The position numbers and the translations under genes are program-made. Below are positions 49,294 to 59,728 of a DNA stretch of 64,000 bases, in pieces (within the stretch, counting starts at the first letter, position 1; each line of letters opens with the position of its first letter). The notes under the pieces were generated by a model. The model was not told where the DNA came from. It was given only the letters and a program-made list of their open reading frames with translations, and did no database searches. The stretch is from an uncultured Candidatus Saccharibacteria bacterium (GTDB lineage Bacteria > Patescibacteriota > Saccharimonadia > Saccharimonadales > JAGQNJ01), in assembly GCA_964583075.1 (NCBI GenBank), contig CAZOUW010000002.1:5915-69914 (forward strand), written 5' to 3'.

Positions 49294-51771
49294 TCATTCG
49301 CCAGCAACAGAGTATTCAAGTTTTTTATTCTTTGCACTCACTTCAATAATCGAACCTTTATCATAGCTGCCACTAATTAGCTCGACTGCAATGTGGTCTT
49401 CAAGTGTATCTTGCAACAATCGACGCATAGGACGCACACCATTCAATGAATCGTAGCCATGGTCAAGTAAATAATTCTTAGCGGCAGGTGTTAATTTTAC
49501 ACTTATACCTTGTTTAGCGAGTCGCTCCTTTAGTTCGTTGATTTGAATATCTAAAATACGTAGGATGTTTTGCTTTGTCAGCGCCCGAAAAACAATTGTC
49601 TTGTCAATGCGATTTAACAGTTCTGGACGTAGCATTTTTTTAAGCTGCTCGAGCACTTTATCCTTGTTTGCCTCATGTAACTTATCAAGATCTTTAAGAT
49701 CTGCCTTATCATCCGCACTAAAACCGAGGGAAACTTCCTTCTGTAGTTTATCTGCACCAATATTACTCGTCATGATCACAATCGTATTTGTAAAGTCTAT
49801 CCTGCGACCTTTCGCATCCGTCAGATAACCATCTTCAAGCATTTGCAACAACATGTTAAAAACATCGGGGTGAGCCTTTTCAATTTCATCGAATAATACG
49901 ACGCTATACGGTTGACGACGAATTTTATCCGTCAACTGACCACCGTCATCATAGCCAACATAGCCAGCTGGTGCACCAACAAGACGTGATACATTGTGAT
50001 GTTCCCCAAACTCGCTCATATCAATCTTGACAAGTGACTCTTCTGAACCGAAGAATTCTCGAGCTAAAACCCTCGCCAGCTCAGTTTTACCAACACCAGT
50101 TGGGCCAAGAAATATAAACGAACCAATCGGGCGCTTACCACTACTCACACCAGAGCGATTACGTCGCACTGCCTTGGCAACCGCATGGACAGCTTCGTCC
50201 TGACCAATAACATATTTATCGAGATTTTTCTCCAAGTTAAGGAGATACTTGGCCTCAGAGCGAATAACTTTCTGCACTGGTACACCAGTTGTACGCGCCA
50301 CAATCTCAGCCACGTCATCACTCGTCATTGTCAGCTTTTTGGCTTGTTTCTCAGCAGACTGCAACTTCTTAAGCTCACTATTAATCTGGCTGGCTCGCTG
50401 TTTGTACTGAGCAGCCTTTTCATAGTCCTCATTATCAACTGCTTCTTCAATCTGTGTGTTGATAAGTTTCAGTTCTTTTTTGAGTTTCCGAACTTCAGGT
50501 GGTGTTCTACCTTTATCAATCCTTAGGTGCGCAGCCGTTTCGTCCAGTAAATCAATTGCCTTGTCTGGCATAAAACGGTCATTTATATAGCGATCAGCTA
50601 AATTAACGGTATCTTCAAGCACCTCGTCTGGAATTTTAACACCGTGAAAGGCTTCGTAATGCTTACGTAAGCCCTTTAGGATAGCAATTGTTTCGCTAAT
50701 ATTAGTCTGGGGCACCTGAATTGGCTGAAAGCGTCGCTCGAGGGCGCTATCTTTTTCAATGTGCTTCGTATACTCAGCCGTTGTCGTAGCACCAATAACC
50801 TGAATCTTGCCACGAGCAAGCGCCGGCTTTAAAATATTCCCAGCATCCAGTGCACCTTCAGCTGCACCTGCACCAACAATAAGGTGAAGTTCATCAATAA
50901 AAATAATCGTTCGCTTATCATTCTCAAGCTCGGTCATGACTTTTTTGAGCCGTTCCTCAAACTCACCACGGTATTTCGTACCTGCAATCATGCCAGTTAA
51001 ATCAAGCATGACAATTCGCTTATCGACTAAGCTATCGGGTACATCTTCATTAATAATGCGCTGGGCGAGACCCTCAACAATTGCCGTTTTGCCAACACCA
51101 GGCTCGCCAATAAGAACCGGGTTGTTCTTGGTACGACGATTTAAAATTGTAATAACCCGACGAATTTGCGCCTCACGGCCAACTACTGGATCAAGCTTCC
51201 CAGCACGAGCTTGAGCTGTCAGGTCAGTGCCAAAAAAGTCTAGAGCAGTTTTACGGCGCTGCTTTGTACGCACCCTTCCCTCACCATTACCAGGCTGATC
51301 TTCGTATTGCTGACGATTCAAGAACTGTTCAAGGCCAGTCATAAGTCCATCAACATTAACATTCATATCACGAAGTAGCACTGTTGCTCGGGCATTCTTT
51401 TGGCTCAAAATACTGTATAGAATATGCTCAGTACCACAGAATTCTTGGCTATAATCCTGCGCAATATCATAAGCCATTTTAAGTGTTAACTTAGCTGTTT
51501 CGCTCAAGCCCTTAGCACCCATATTAATTACCATGGTCTTTGGTGTCAGGTTAAGCGCAAGCCGTGCACGATCAAGTGTTATACCGGCATCAGCCAGCAT
51601 TTTTGCACCCATAGAACTCTCTTGAGCGAGTACGCCAAGCAGCAAATGTTCTGTACCAACATATGGGCTACCAGCTGCACGTGCAATACCGTCTGCATGG
51701 CGCAGACTCTGTAACGCGTTCTCAGTTAAATGATTCAAAAAATCTTGGAATTCAGATGAATTTGGTGGCAT
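49294..51771 (-). CDS. clpC: Clp ATPase ClpC/ClpB-type (two Clp_N repeats, two AAA+ modules)
   Basis: 825 aa with Walker A motifs GEPGVGKTA and GPTGVGKTE and a ClpB-D2-small domain. The short middle domain is consistent with ClpC. Confidence 0.88.
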   Translation of the reverse strand: MPPNSSEFQDFLNHLTENALQSLRHADGIARAAGSPYVGTEHLLLGVLAQESSMGAKMLADAGITLDRARLALNLTPKTMVINMGAKGLSETAKLTLKMAYDIAQDYSQEFCGTEHILYSILSQKNARATVLLRDMNVNVDGLMTGLEQFLNRQQYEDQPGNGEGRVRTKQRRKTALDFFGTDLTAQARAGKLDPVVGREAQIRRVITILNRRTKNNPVLIGEPGVGKTAIVEGLAQRIINEDVPDSLVDKRIVMLDLTGMIAGTKYRGEFEERLKKVMTELENDKRTIIFIDELHLIVGAGAAEGALDAGNILKPALARGKIQVIGATTTAEYTKHIEKDSALERRFQPIQVPQTNISETIAILKGLRKHYEAFHGVKIPDEVLEDTVNLADRYINDRFMPDKAIDLLDETAAHLRIDKGRTPPEVRKLKKELKLINTQIEEAVDNEDYEKAAQYKQRASQINSELKKLQSAEKQAKKLTMTSDDVAEIVARTTGVPVQKVIRSEAKYLLNLEKNLDKYVIGQDEAVHAVAKAVRRNRSGVSSGKRPIGSFIFLGPTGVGKTELARVLAREFFGSEESLVKIDMSEFGEHHNVSRLVGAPAGYVGYDDGGQLTDKIRRQPYSVVLFDEIEKAHPDVFNMLLQMLEDGYLTDAKGRRIDFTNTIVIMTSNIGADKLQKEVSLGFSADDKADLKDLDKLHEANKDKVLEQLKKMLRPELLNRIDKTIVFRALTKQNILRILDIQINELKERLAKQGISVKLTPAAKNYLLDHGYDSLNGVRPMRRLLQDTLEDHIAVELISGSYDKGSIIEVSAKNKKLEYSVAGE

Positions 51772-51855
51772 ATTTATAGACCCTCTTATGTATTTACGTA
51801 CTTATACATACGCTAACTTAAGTTTAGCTTAATTAGCACTCACAAGTCAAGAGTG

Positions 51856-52173
51856 CTAATTATTCGGGCAAATAAACTTGTGTGAATCCTCTGCGATCTC
51901 TTCTTCGCAAGAAACACACATCTCGGTTAAACCGTAAAATCTTTCACCAGAATTATTAGGATTCGCCTGAAGCGATTCTGTGCCAAGCTCTGTAGAATAG
52001 TGCGTGCAATCATCTGCTTCTTCAGAAAGAATATAGTCTGGATATTCTTCATGATCTGATTGCCCTAACTTAATTGCAGTGTCCCATAACACTTCACACG
52101 ACTGTCTGCAAACCTCAGGAATTTGACCATCAGCATAGAATCCTCCAGCGCGCAATGGACATCTTTCAGACAT
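51856..52173 (-). CDS. hypothetical acidic Cys-rich small protein
   Basis: 105 aa with 7 Cys residues including CxxxC and CVSC pairs. It lies between clpC and nusA. No family was recognised. Confidence 0.4.
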   Translation of the reverse strand: MSERCPLRAGGFYADGQIPEVCRQSCEVLWDTAIKLGQSDHEEYPDYILSEEADDCTHYSTELGTESLQANPNNSGERFYGLTEMCVSCEEEIAEDSHKFICPNN

Positions 52174-52180
52174 TTTGTGC

Positions 52181-53338
52181 CTATTCGCCGTGTTCTTCGA
52201 TTGCTTCTAGCAGGCTGCTCTCAAGCTCACTCTTCTTCTTGAGCTTTGGCGCTTGCTTCGGAGCTTCAGGGGCTGCCTCTACTGGTGCCTGTGCTTCTTC
52301 TTTCTTACCAACAATATCAATTTCATAGCCCGTCAGTTTACTAGCAAGACGCACATTTTGCCCACTCTTACCAATTGCAATGCTTAACTGGTCTTCTGGC
52401 ACCTGCACAACAGCCTTTTTCTTATCTTCGTCAATGTTCACACTCGCAACTTTAGTTGGGCTCAGCGCATTAACAATGTAGTTTTTGCTATCTTCATCCC
52501 AAATGATGATGTCAATCTTTTCTTGCTCGCCAATTTCGCTCATCACAGCGTTCACGCGCGTACCGTGACCACCTACAAACGTGCCAACCGGATCAACACC
52601 TGGTACTGTGCTTACAACTGCAATTTTGCTACGAATCCCGGCTTCACGCGCAATACCCTTGATCTCAACGGCACCACTCTCCATTTCTGGCACTTCCGCA
52701 CGGAAGAGCCACTCAACAAATTGCGTATTGCCGCGTGATAATACAAGCTGCGGACCACGCATACCGCGTTCAACATCTTTTAAAAACACTTTAAGGCGCT
52801 GCCCAGGATAGTAATGTTCACCCTGGATCTGCTCGCTAGAAGGCAAGATGCCCTGCGCCTTACCAAGATCAACGCGGACAATACGCCCCTCAACACGAGC
52901 AACAATACCGTTAATAACCGTACCGATTTTATCTTGGTATTCATTTACAATAATTTCTCGTTCAGCCTCACGCAAGCGCTGCAAAATAACTTGCTTTGCG
53001 GTCTGCGCAGCCACACGGCCAAAGTTAGATACGTCTTGGTGAAGTTCCAGCGTTTCACCCACCTTGACATTCTTACGGATAGCCTGGGCTTCTGTCAGTG
53101 ATATTTCAAGCTGTGAGTCTTCAACAGAATCGACCACTTCTTTTGAAACATAAGCATCGACGTCACCGGTGTGCAAGTTTACGCTCACGCGGACTTCTTG
53201 TTCTTTATCACCATAATCTTTCTTGTAGGCCGCAGCCAAAGCCTGCTCAACAATTTCCTGAACAGTCTCTTCTGGTAAGTTTTTTTCTTCCGCAATTGCG
53301 CGTAGCGCTACTGCAAGTTGTTTTACATCTAAATCCAT
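52181..53338 (-). CDS. nusA: transcription termination/antitermination factor NusA
   Basis: 385 aa with an N-terminal RNAP-binding domain, an S1 domain and two KH domains. Confidence 0.9.
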   Translation of the reverse strand: MDLDVKQLAVALRAIAEEKNLPEETVQEIVEQALAAAYKKDYGDKEQEVRVSVNLHTGDVDAYVSKEVVDSVEDSQLEISLTEAQAIRKNVKVGETLELHQDVSNFGRVAAQTAKQVILQRLREAEREIIVNEYQDKIGTVINGIVARVEGRIVRVDLGKAQGILPSSEQIQGEHYYPGQRLKVFLKDVERGMRGPQLVLSRGNTQFVEWLFRAEVPEMESGAVEIKGIAREAGIRSKIAVVSTVPGVDPVGTFVGGHGTRVNAVMSEIGEQEKIDIIIWDEDSKNYIVNALSPTKVASVNIDEDKKKAVVQVPEDQLSIAIGKSGQNVRLASKLTGYEIDIVGKKEEAQAPVEAAPEAPKQAPKLKKKSELESSLLEAIEEHGE

Positions 53339-53483
53339 TTTATTTTCCTTTCAAGTCAATGAATCAAAAAAGCCGACCTGCCGGCCGACCTAAATACAAC
53401 GCTAATTATACTGCTTTGATCTACAGGAGTCAAAACATTTTATCTTACAGAGATTTTTACTCTGGGCATGCTACTCTATAGTA

Positions 53484-56057
53484 ATGAGTAAATCCGCCAA
53501 GCACCTTTTTGAGCAATTTAAGCCAGAGCACTACGACCTAGCGCTCACTATCGATAAAGAAAAACTAACATTCACAGGAAAAGTCGTAATTACTGGCCAA
53601 AAAACTGGCCGGCCAAGCAAGCGCATTACATTGCATCAACGTGGGCTTACAGTCGTATCAACCAGAATAACCAAATATAGCAAAGCCGACCAAGAAAGCA
53701 TAGAGCCTTCACGAATAGTTCTACATAAAGCATATGATGAGGTGCGATTGCACACAGAAAGAGAACTCTACGCCGGTAAGTACACGGTTGAGATAGAGTT
53801 TTCAGGCAAGATTACCGAGAGCATGCTTGGTATTTACCCTTCATACTTCACACACAAAGGTCGGAAAGAGACGATTATTGCAACTCAATTTGAAAGCCAC
53901 TATGCACGTGAAGTTTTTCCCTGCATTGATGAGCCAATTGCCAAGGCCACTTTTGATTTGACACTCACAACTAAAAAAGGTGACGTTACTCTCTCTAATA
54001 CTCCGTTAAAGTCAGAGACATCAAGTGGAGAATCTACAACCACTATTTTTGAAACAACACCAAAGATGTCAACGTACTTGCTGGCATTTGTGACTGGACC
54101 AATGCACTCAGTTGAAAGTAAAACCAAGAGCGGAACCACCGTGACAAGCTGGAGCAGTATTGCTCGGCCAAAAAAAGAGCTCCAATATTCTGTTGACGAG
54201 GCGGTACGAGTACTCGATTTCTTTACCGATTATTTTGGTGTGCCGTACCCGCTTAAAAAGTGCGATCAAGTTGCATTGCCAGACTTTGACGCTGGTGCTA
54301 TGGAAAACTGGGGACTTATAACCTACCGAGAAGTTGCACTTCTAAGTGACCCTGACAACCCGTCAGTATCAAGCGAGCAATACATATCGTTAGTTGTGGC
54401 GCATGAACTCTCGCACCAATGGTTTGGCAACCTAGTAACCATGAAATGGTGGGATGATCTATGGCTTAACGAAAGTTTTGCGAGCATTATGGAGCACATT
54501 GCCCTTGATGCCATTCACCCCGATTGGCACCAATGGGAGTTTTATGTCGCTACTGATGTAATAGCTACAACCTCTAGAGATATCTATAAAGATATCCAAC
54601 CAGTTGGCGTAAAAGTGACCGATCCGGATCTTATAGATACGCTGTTTGACCCAGGAATTGTCTACGCTAAAGGTGGCAGATTGCTAAAAATGCTGCGCGA
54701 ATACATTGGCGACGCAGCATTCAGAAAAGGCCTGAAGAGCTATTTTGAAAAGCATGCTTACAGTAATACCTCTCGTGAGGATTTGTGGAAAGCGATGGCT
54801 GATGCAAGTGGCAAAGATATCTCTTCCCTAATGACTCCGTGGATCGAACGACCTGGCATGCCCGTACTAACGGTCAGTCAGGATAAAAAGAGGCTTGCGC
54901 TATCGCAGGAACGATTTATATTGGATGCTCAAAATGATCCAACCATTTGGCCAATACCGTTGCTCGCAAATCAGCAATTGCAGAAAGATATTATCACCAG
55001 AAAAGATAGTGGCAATCTTGCCAGCAGTGATGACCCAGTTATCATTAACCAGTTCGGAAGTGGCCACTACTATACTCATTACTTAGAGCCAAAACATAAC
55101 GACTTTTTGGCAGAAGCAATTGCAAAGCGCGAAATCCCAGCAGAAACCAGAATCAATATACTTAATGATAGTTTAATGTTAGCGCGAGGTGGCAAAAGTT
55201 CTTTAGTTGATTCGCTTAAGCTCATTACCAATTGTGCCAATGAAGATAGAGACAATGTTTGGGCACTCATTAGCAGAGTAGTTGGTTCAGCTAGCCAACT
55301 AACAGAAGGTGATGATATTACAGAAGATACGATCAAAATGTTTAAACGTAGTCTCGCGCACAATTGGTACGAAAAGCTAGGCTGGAATGATCAAGCGGAT
55401 GACGACCCAAATACAAAACAGCTCCGTCATACTGCTATTGCGTTCATGCTGGGCGGAGAGGATAAAGTAGCTATAAATGAAGCACTTGCTATTTTTAAGA
55501 AGTCAGATGACCTTTCTGCACTTAATGCTGAACTGCGTGCGAGCATTTTAAGTACAGCGATTCGGCATGGCTCACCTAATAATGTTGATTCGCTCACTAG
55601 AGCCTATAAAGATGCCTCGCCGGATCTGCAAATAGATATCACCTCTGCTCTTTCTAGTACTAAAGATCCACAAGTTGCAAAAAATGTCATCAATCAGGCA
55701 CTCGGCAAAAATGGTTTTGTAAGACCACAAGATATAATGCGCTGGGTTGCGATGTTCCTGCGCAACCGATACACTCGCTCGGTCGCTTGGGATTTTATTG
55801 TCAATGAATGGAAATGGCTTGAAGAAACGCTTGAAAAGAGTAAATCCTTCGATTATCTGCCTGTATACTGCGCAAGTGTTATGAATAGCAAATCCTGGGA
55901 AGAAAAATATCACGAGTTGTTTGAACCAAAACTAAGTAATAAAACGCTTGAGCGCAATATCCGAGTAGGCTTTTCAGACATTGCCGCCCGGGTTGCGTGG
56001 CGAGAGCGTGATGAAAAACCAATAAAAGATTTCTTCAAAGCTCAAGCAAAAAATTAG
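53484..56057 (+). CDS. pepN: aminopeptidase N (M1 family metallopeptidase)
   Basis: 857 aa with the GAMEN motif and HELSHQWFGNLVT...E zinc-binding signature. Confidence 0.92.
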   Translation: MSKSAKHLFEQFKPEHYDLALTIDKEKLTFTGKVVITGQKTGRPSKRITLHQRGLTVVSTRITKYSKADQESIEPSRIVLHKAYDEVRLHTERELYAGKYTVEIEFSGKITESMLGIYPSYFTHKGRKETIIATQFESHYAREVFPCIDEPIAKATFDLTLTTKKGDVTLSNTPLKSETSSGESTTTIFETTPKMSTYLLAFVTGPMHSVESKTKSGTTVTSWSSIARPKKELQYSVDEAVRVLDFFTDYFGVPYPLKKCDQVALPDFDAGAMENWGLITYREVALLSDPDNPSVSSEQYISLVVAHELSHQWFGNLVTMKWWDDLWLNESFASIMEHIALDAIHPDWHQWEFYVATDVIATTSRDIYKDIQPVGVKVTDPDLIDTLFDPGIVYAKGGRLLKMLREYIGDAAFRKGLKSYFEKHAYSNTSREDLWKAMADASGKDISSLMTPWIERPGMPVLTVSQDKKRLALSQERFILDAQNDPTIWPIPLLANQQLQKDIITRKDSGNLASSDDPVIINQFGSGHYYTHYLEPKHNDFLAEAIAKREIPAETRINILNDSLMLARGGKSSLVDSLKLITNCANEDRDNVWALISRVVGSASQLTEGDDITEDTIKMFKRSLAHNWYEKLGWNDQADDDPNTKQLRHTAIAFMLGGEDKVAINEALAIFKKSDDLSALNAELRASILSTAIRHGSPNNVDSLTRAYKDASPDLQIDITSALSSTKDPQVAKNVINQALGKNGFVRPQDIMRWVAMFLRNRYTRSVAWDFIVNEWKWLEETLEKSKSFDYLPVYCASVMNSKSWEEKYHELFEPKLSNKTLERNIRVGFSDIAARVAWRERDEKPIKDFFKAQAKN

Positions 56058-56376
56058 TCACCGCAAAATCCTTGCCACTTACTTCAATGGCCGCCAGTTG
56101 ATAATCATTGCTCCAGTTGTTTGAATTCACCCATACTTCAGCTGCAAACCCCATTTGTTTGAGCTTGTTTGGTGTAATATAATCTAAACCTTCACCCCAA
56201 GAATCTGAGGCACGGTATTTGACCTCCACAAAGTAAACTGTTTGACCTTTACGAGCCACGATGTCGATTTCACAGTAACGTGTCCGCCAATTTTGCTCCA
56301 ATATTGCAAACCCTTGCTGCTGCAAGTATTCTGCAGCTGTTGCTTCTGCCTGCCGGCCAGTGCTTGTCGTAGTCAT
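56035..56376 (-). CDS. yraN: YraN family (UPF0102) endonuclease
   Basis: 113 aa with an EIDIVA...VYFVEVKYR restriction-endonuclease-like core. Confidence 0.85.
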   Translation of the reverse strand: MTTTSTGRQAEATAAEYLQQQGFAILEQNWRTRYCEIDIVARKGQTVYFVEVKYRASDSWGEGLDYITPNKLKQMGFAAEVWVNSNNWSNDYQLAAIEVSGKDFAVTNFLLEL

Positions 56377-56945
56377 GCGAATTCTCTCACTGGCCTATAT
56401 GATAGGCGATGGATAGCCGTTACACCGTGGTCTTTTAATGCCTGAATGTGTTTTGCTGTCCCATAGCCAACGTGGCTATCAAAACCATGGTTCGGGAATT
56501 CTTTGGCTAAACCCGCCATCAAGCTATCTCGTGTAACCTTCGCATAAATACTCGCTGCACTCACAATTGGATAATCTGCATCTGCCCTGATTGCACAGGT
56601 TACATTGGTGAATATAGAATTACAGTAGTTTATGTTCCCATCCATAATAATTTCTTCATCATTTTGAGCTCTAATTTCGGTCAGCGCTCGCATGACTGCC
56701 AATCTCATCGCGTTAGATAATCCAAGTTCGTCAATTTCATTTGGTTTGGCCCAGCCATGCCCAAGATCACAAGATGTTTTGATATCTTGAATAAGATTTG
56801 ATCGTGCACTTTTTGTCAGTTTTTTTGAATCAGCCAAGCCCTTTGGAAGTTCGGACTTCTGGCGCGCAGCTACAACCAGTAACGGCCCAGCCCATGCACC
56901 ACGACCAACCTCATCAATCCCAATCATATTAGTAGTATAAACCAT
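56373..56945 (-). CDS. rnhB: ribonuclease HII
   Basis: ORF 56373..57059. The likely start is MVYTTNMIGIDEVGRGAWAGPL (or MIGIDEV at 56927). RNase HII DEDD motifs are present. Confidence 0.88.
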   Translation of the reverse strand: MVYTTNMIGIDEVGRGAWAGPLLVVAARQKSELPKGLADSKKLTKSARSNLIQDIKTSCDLGHGWAKPNEIDELGLSNAMRLAVMRALTEIRAQNDEEIIMDGNINYCNSIFTNVTCAIRADADYPIVSAASIYAKVTRDSLMAGLAKEFPNHGFDSHVGYGTAKHIQALKDHGVTAIHRLSYRPVREFA

Positions 56946-56970
56946 ACTTAAACTGTGGTAATATACCCCT

Positions 56971-57043
56971 GATGTGGTGGCCGAGAATAGGTGGTAGCTT
57001 GCAAAGCTACATACGGTAGGATAATGTCTACCCCACATCTCCA
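56971..57043 (+). tRNA. probable tRNA-Cys (anticodon GCA), 73 nt with encoded CCA; non-canonical T-loop
   Basis: Manual fold: 7-bp acceptor GATGTGG/CCACATC, U8, a short 3-bp D-stem, anticodon stem GTAGC/GCTAC with loop TTGCAAA (anticodon GCA), and T-stem GGTAG/CTACC with an 8-nt loop GATAATGT, followed by TCCA. It sits exactly in the gap between rnhB and the divergent ORF. Confidence 0.5.
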
Positions 57044-57049
57044 ATAAAT

Positions 57050-58030
57050 ATGACCGCACAAGAATACATTACCGAAAAACTAGAAGAGTTAAGTCAGCCA
57101 AAAAGCCTGAAACAACCGACCAGTCAGAATGCGATGGTAGAGGCCATCTACACTGCAGTGATGTCAAAAAAGTTTCGCAAATACTCTGCAAACGATAACC
57201 TAAAGCGATACATTAGAAACGCAATCAAGATTAATATCGAAAAGAATGAGCCGATTAATATTACCTTTGTCCACGGTGCATACAAGCTATGGAGGCTCGA
57301 AGAGTCACCAGAAGTTGATTGGGCTGAACTTTTTTCGTTAATGTATTACACGAATTGGGTAAAACCAATCTGCGAAATTTACAAACCTGGTGTCTGGTTC
57401 GATTTCTTCGTTGATGACTTCATTATCAACAGGCTAAACAATGTATCCATGGACGATATAAGAACATATATTCACACGTACCAGAGTTTGATTGATTTTT
57501 TAAAGTCATACCAGCCGAAGAATCTCAAGATGACCATTACGACCGTAGGTGGACAATTTCCCTCTGAAAATGCGTTCAATGAATCATTGCAGAATAATCT
57601 AGACAACCTCGAATCAGCAAATAACAATAAGCTACCTGTGCTAACTACAGAGCAAAAAGCTATGGTTGAGATGAATGCCCGGCCCACAGAAGAACAGCTG
57701 AAAGATCCGGAATGGAAAGAGAAAATCTATAACCTCCATAACGCATACATGGCCACAAAAGCCGAACCTGGCTACCATAAAGGGCGGCCTGAAAAGATTA
57801 TTGCCTTTAATCAGCCACTTCCTTCGGGTACAACAATATCTGTTGGTTCAACAAAAGATTCAATTATGAAATTCTGGATTGGAGTCGGAGTACTAAAACC
57901 TCGAGATGATTCGTACCGTCAAATCATACTATCATCGAGTCAAGTAGAGAAAGCAGAATTTCACTTCGAGCAAGTTCATATCGGTTCGCTTAAAGATAAG
58001 AATTTCGCAAAAATTCGTGTTTTGAACTAA
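57050..58030 (+). CDS. hypothetical protein
   Basis: 326-aa ORF with no recognisable motifs. It is terminated by a bidirectional hairpin terminator. Confidence 0.5.
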   Translation: MTAQEYITEKLEELSQPKSLKQPTSQNAMVEAIYTAVMSKKFRKYSANDNLKRYIRNAIKINIEKNEPINITFVHGAYKLWRLEESPEVDWAELFSLMYYTNWVKPICEIYKPGVWFDFFVDDFIINRLNNVSMDDIRTYIHTYQSLIDFLKSYQPKNLKMTITTVGGQFPSENAFNESLQNNLDNLESANNNKLPVLTTEQKAMVEMNARPTEEQLKDPEWKEKIYNLHNAYMATKAEPGYHKGRPEKIIAFNQPLPSGTTISVGSTKDSIMKFWIGVGVLKPRDDSYRQIILSSSQVEKAEFHFEQVHIGSLKDKNFAKIRVLN

Positions 58031-58054
58031 AAACCGCTCACAGGAGCGGTTTGA
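58029..58054. terminator. bidirectional Rho-independent terminator between hypothetical gene (+) and rplS (-)
   Basis: Hairpin ccgctcacaggagcgg (58034-58049) is flanked by AAAAA on the 5' side and TTTGATTT on the 3' side. Confidence 0.6.
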
Positions 58055-58055
58055 T

Positions 58056-58502
58056 TTATTCCTTGGTTTCTTCGACTTCAGGTTTAGCGTCTTCTGCTTC
58101 AGCCTTTGGCTCTTCAGCAGGCTTTTCTTCTACCTTGTTAACCGCTTCTTTATCAAAAGCAACGCCAGTCAAGCGTGCTGATTTGCCAGTAAGCTTACGC
58201 ATATAGCTTAAGTAGTTACGGCGTACTTTGCTACGCTTAACAATCTCAACCTTTACAACAAGTGGTGAATGCAGCAAATAGCTTTTTTCTACACCGATGC
58301 CGCTGGCAATACGGCGGACAGTAATACGTGAGGTATGGCTATTTTTACGGTCAGTACGGATAACAAGGCCTTCAAAAACCTGAACACGCTCTTTGTTGCC
58401 CTCTTTAATCTTTTGGTGCACACGAACAGTGTCACCAGAGCGAACATCCACTACTTGGTGTTTCTTATATTTTTCTTCAATTTTCTGAACTACAGAATTC
58501 AT
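58056..58502 (-). CDS. rplS: 50S ribosomal protein L19 (with Lys/Glu-rich C-terminal extension)
   Basis: 148 aa; VVDVRSGDTVRVHQKIKEGNKERVQVFEGLVI is a typical L19 sequence. Confidence 0.9.
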   Translation of the reverse strand: MNSVVQKIEEKYKKHQVVDVRSGDTVRVHQKIKEGNKERVQVFEGLVIRTDRKNSHTSRITVRRIASGIGVEKSYLLHSPLVVKVEIVKRSKVRRNYLSYMRKLTGKSARLTGVAFDKEAVNKVEEKPAEEPKAEAEDAKPEVEETKE

Positions 58503-58588
58503 AGACCAATGTATTCTACACTGTTTAACAGATTAATGCAACTGGCAATGTGCCTTGAGAAAGTTTGCATGAATGCTATGATTAGTAG

Positions 58589-59728
58589 ATGAGTAGAGAC
58601 TACGGCCAAGAAGCGTTAGAGCAACACAAAAACCTAAAAGGCAAAATTAGCTTGCAATTAAAGGACGTGCTCGATTCACAAGACAAATTAAGCACCCACT
58701 ACACACCTGGCGTAGCCGCCGTGAGCAGCCACATTGCCAAAAATCCGCATGAAGCCCGCGATTATACGTGGCTCCATAACACCGTAGCAGTTATTAGTGA
58801 CGGCTCTGCTGTACTTGGCCTCGGTAATATTGGCCCTAAAGCCTCTTTACCAGTTATGGAAGGCAAGGCTATGCTGTTTAAGCATTTTGCGGACATTGAC
58901 GCTATTCCGCTGATACTTGATGTTCATAGCCCAGACGAAATTGTGGCTGCTGTAAAAGCTTTTGCGCCAAGTTTTGGAGGTATTAACTTAGAGGATATTG
59001 CCGCGCCGCAGTGTTTTGAGATTGAAGAGCGTCTAAAGGCCGAGCTTGATATTCCAGTATTCCACGATGACCAACACGGCACCGCAATTGTAGTTTTAGC
59101 TGGCCTGATCAATGCCATGAAAATCACTGGCAAGGACCTCAGCAAATCAAGAATTGTTGTAGTCGGTGCTGGCGCGGCCGGAACTGCAATTATCAAGCTA
59201 CTCAACTTTTACGCAGCACCAGAAATTCTAGCGGTAGATAGCAAGGGTATCGTTAGCCAAGACCGAAACGATTTAAATGATGAAAAGAAAAAACTGTTGG
59301 AATTTACCAACAAAAATAACGTCAGTGGCTCGCTAGAAGACGCATTAAAGAATGCAGATATATTTATTGGCGTATCAAAGGGCGGTCTTTTAACTTCTGA
59401 TATGGTCAAGGCAATGGCCAAAGACCCAATTATCTTTGCCATGGCCAACCCTACGCCCGAGATCATGCCAGAAGAAGCTAAAGCTGCCGGTGCTGCTATT
59501 GTTGCTACTGGCCGTAGCGACTTCCCTAACCAGGTGAATAACGCACTGGCCTTCCCGGGTATCTTCCGTGGTGCGCTTGATAACAAGGTGACCAAAATTA
59601 CCGACCAGCATAAAATTGACACCGCGCAAGCAATTGCAAGCCTGGTAGAAAGCCCGTCTGCAGAGCAAATTATTCCGTCTGTACTCGATGATCGCCTGGT
59701 ACCAACAATCGCCAAGGTAATTGTTTAG
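58589..59728 (+). CDS. NAD(P)-dependent malic enzyme (short form)
   Basis: 379 aa with a malic enzyme N-terminal domain (YTPGVAAVS) and NAD-binding domain ([11 protein letters not shown]). Confidence 0.88.
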   Translation: MSRDYGQEALEQHKNLKGKISLQLKDVLDSQDKLSTHYTPGVAAVSSHIAKNPHEARDYTWLHNTVAVISDGSAVLGLGNIGPKASLPVMEGKAMLFKHFADIDAIPLILDVHSPDEIVAAVKAFAPSFGGINLEDIAAPQCFEIEERLKAELDIPVFHDDQHGTAIVVLAGLINAMKITGKDLSKSRIVVVGAGAAGTAIIKLLNFYAAPEILAVDSKGIVSQDRNDLNDEKKKLLEFTNKNNVSGSLEDALKNADIFIGVSKGGLLTSDMVKAMAKDPIIFAMANPTPEIMPEEAKAAGAAIVATGRSDFPNQVNNALAFPGIFRGALDNKVTKITDQHKIDTAQAIASLVESPSAEQIIPSVLDDRLVPTIAKVIV

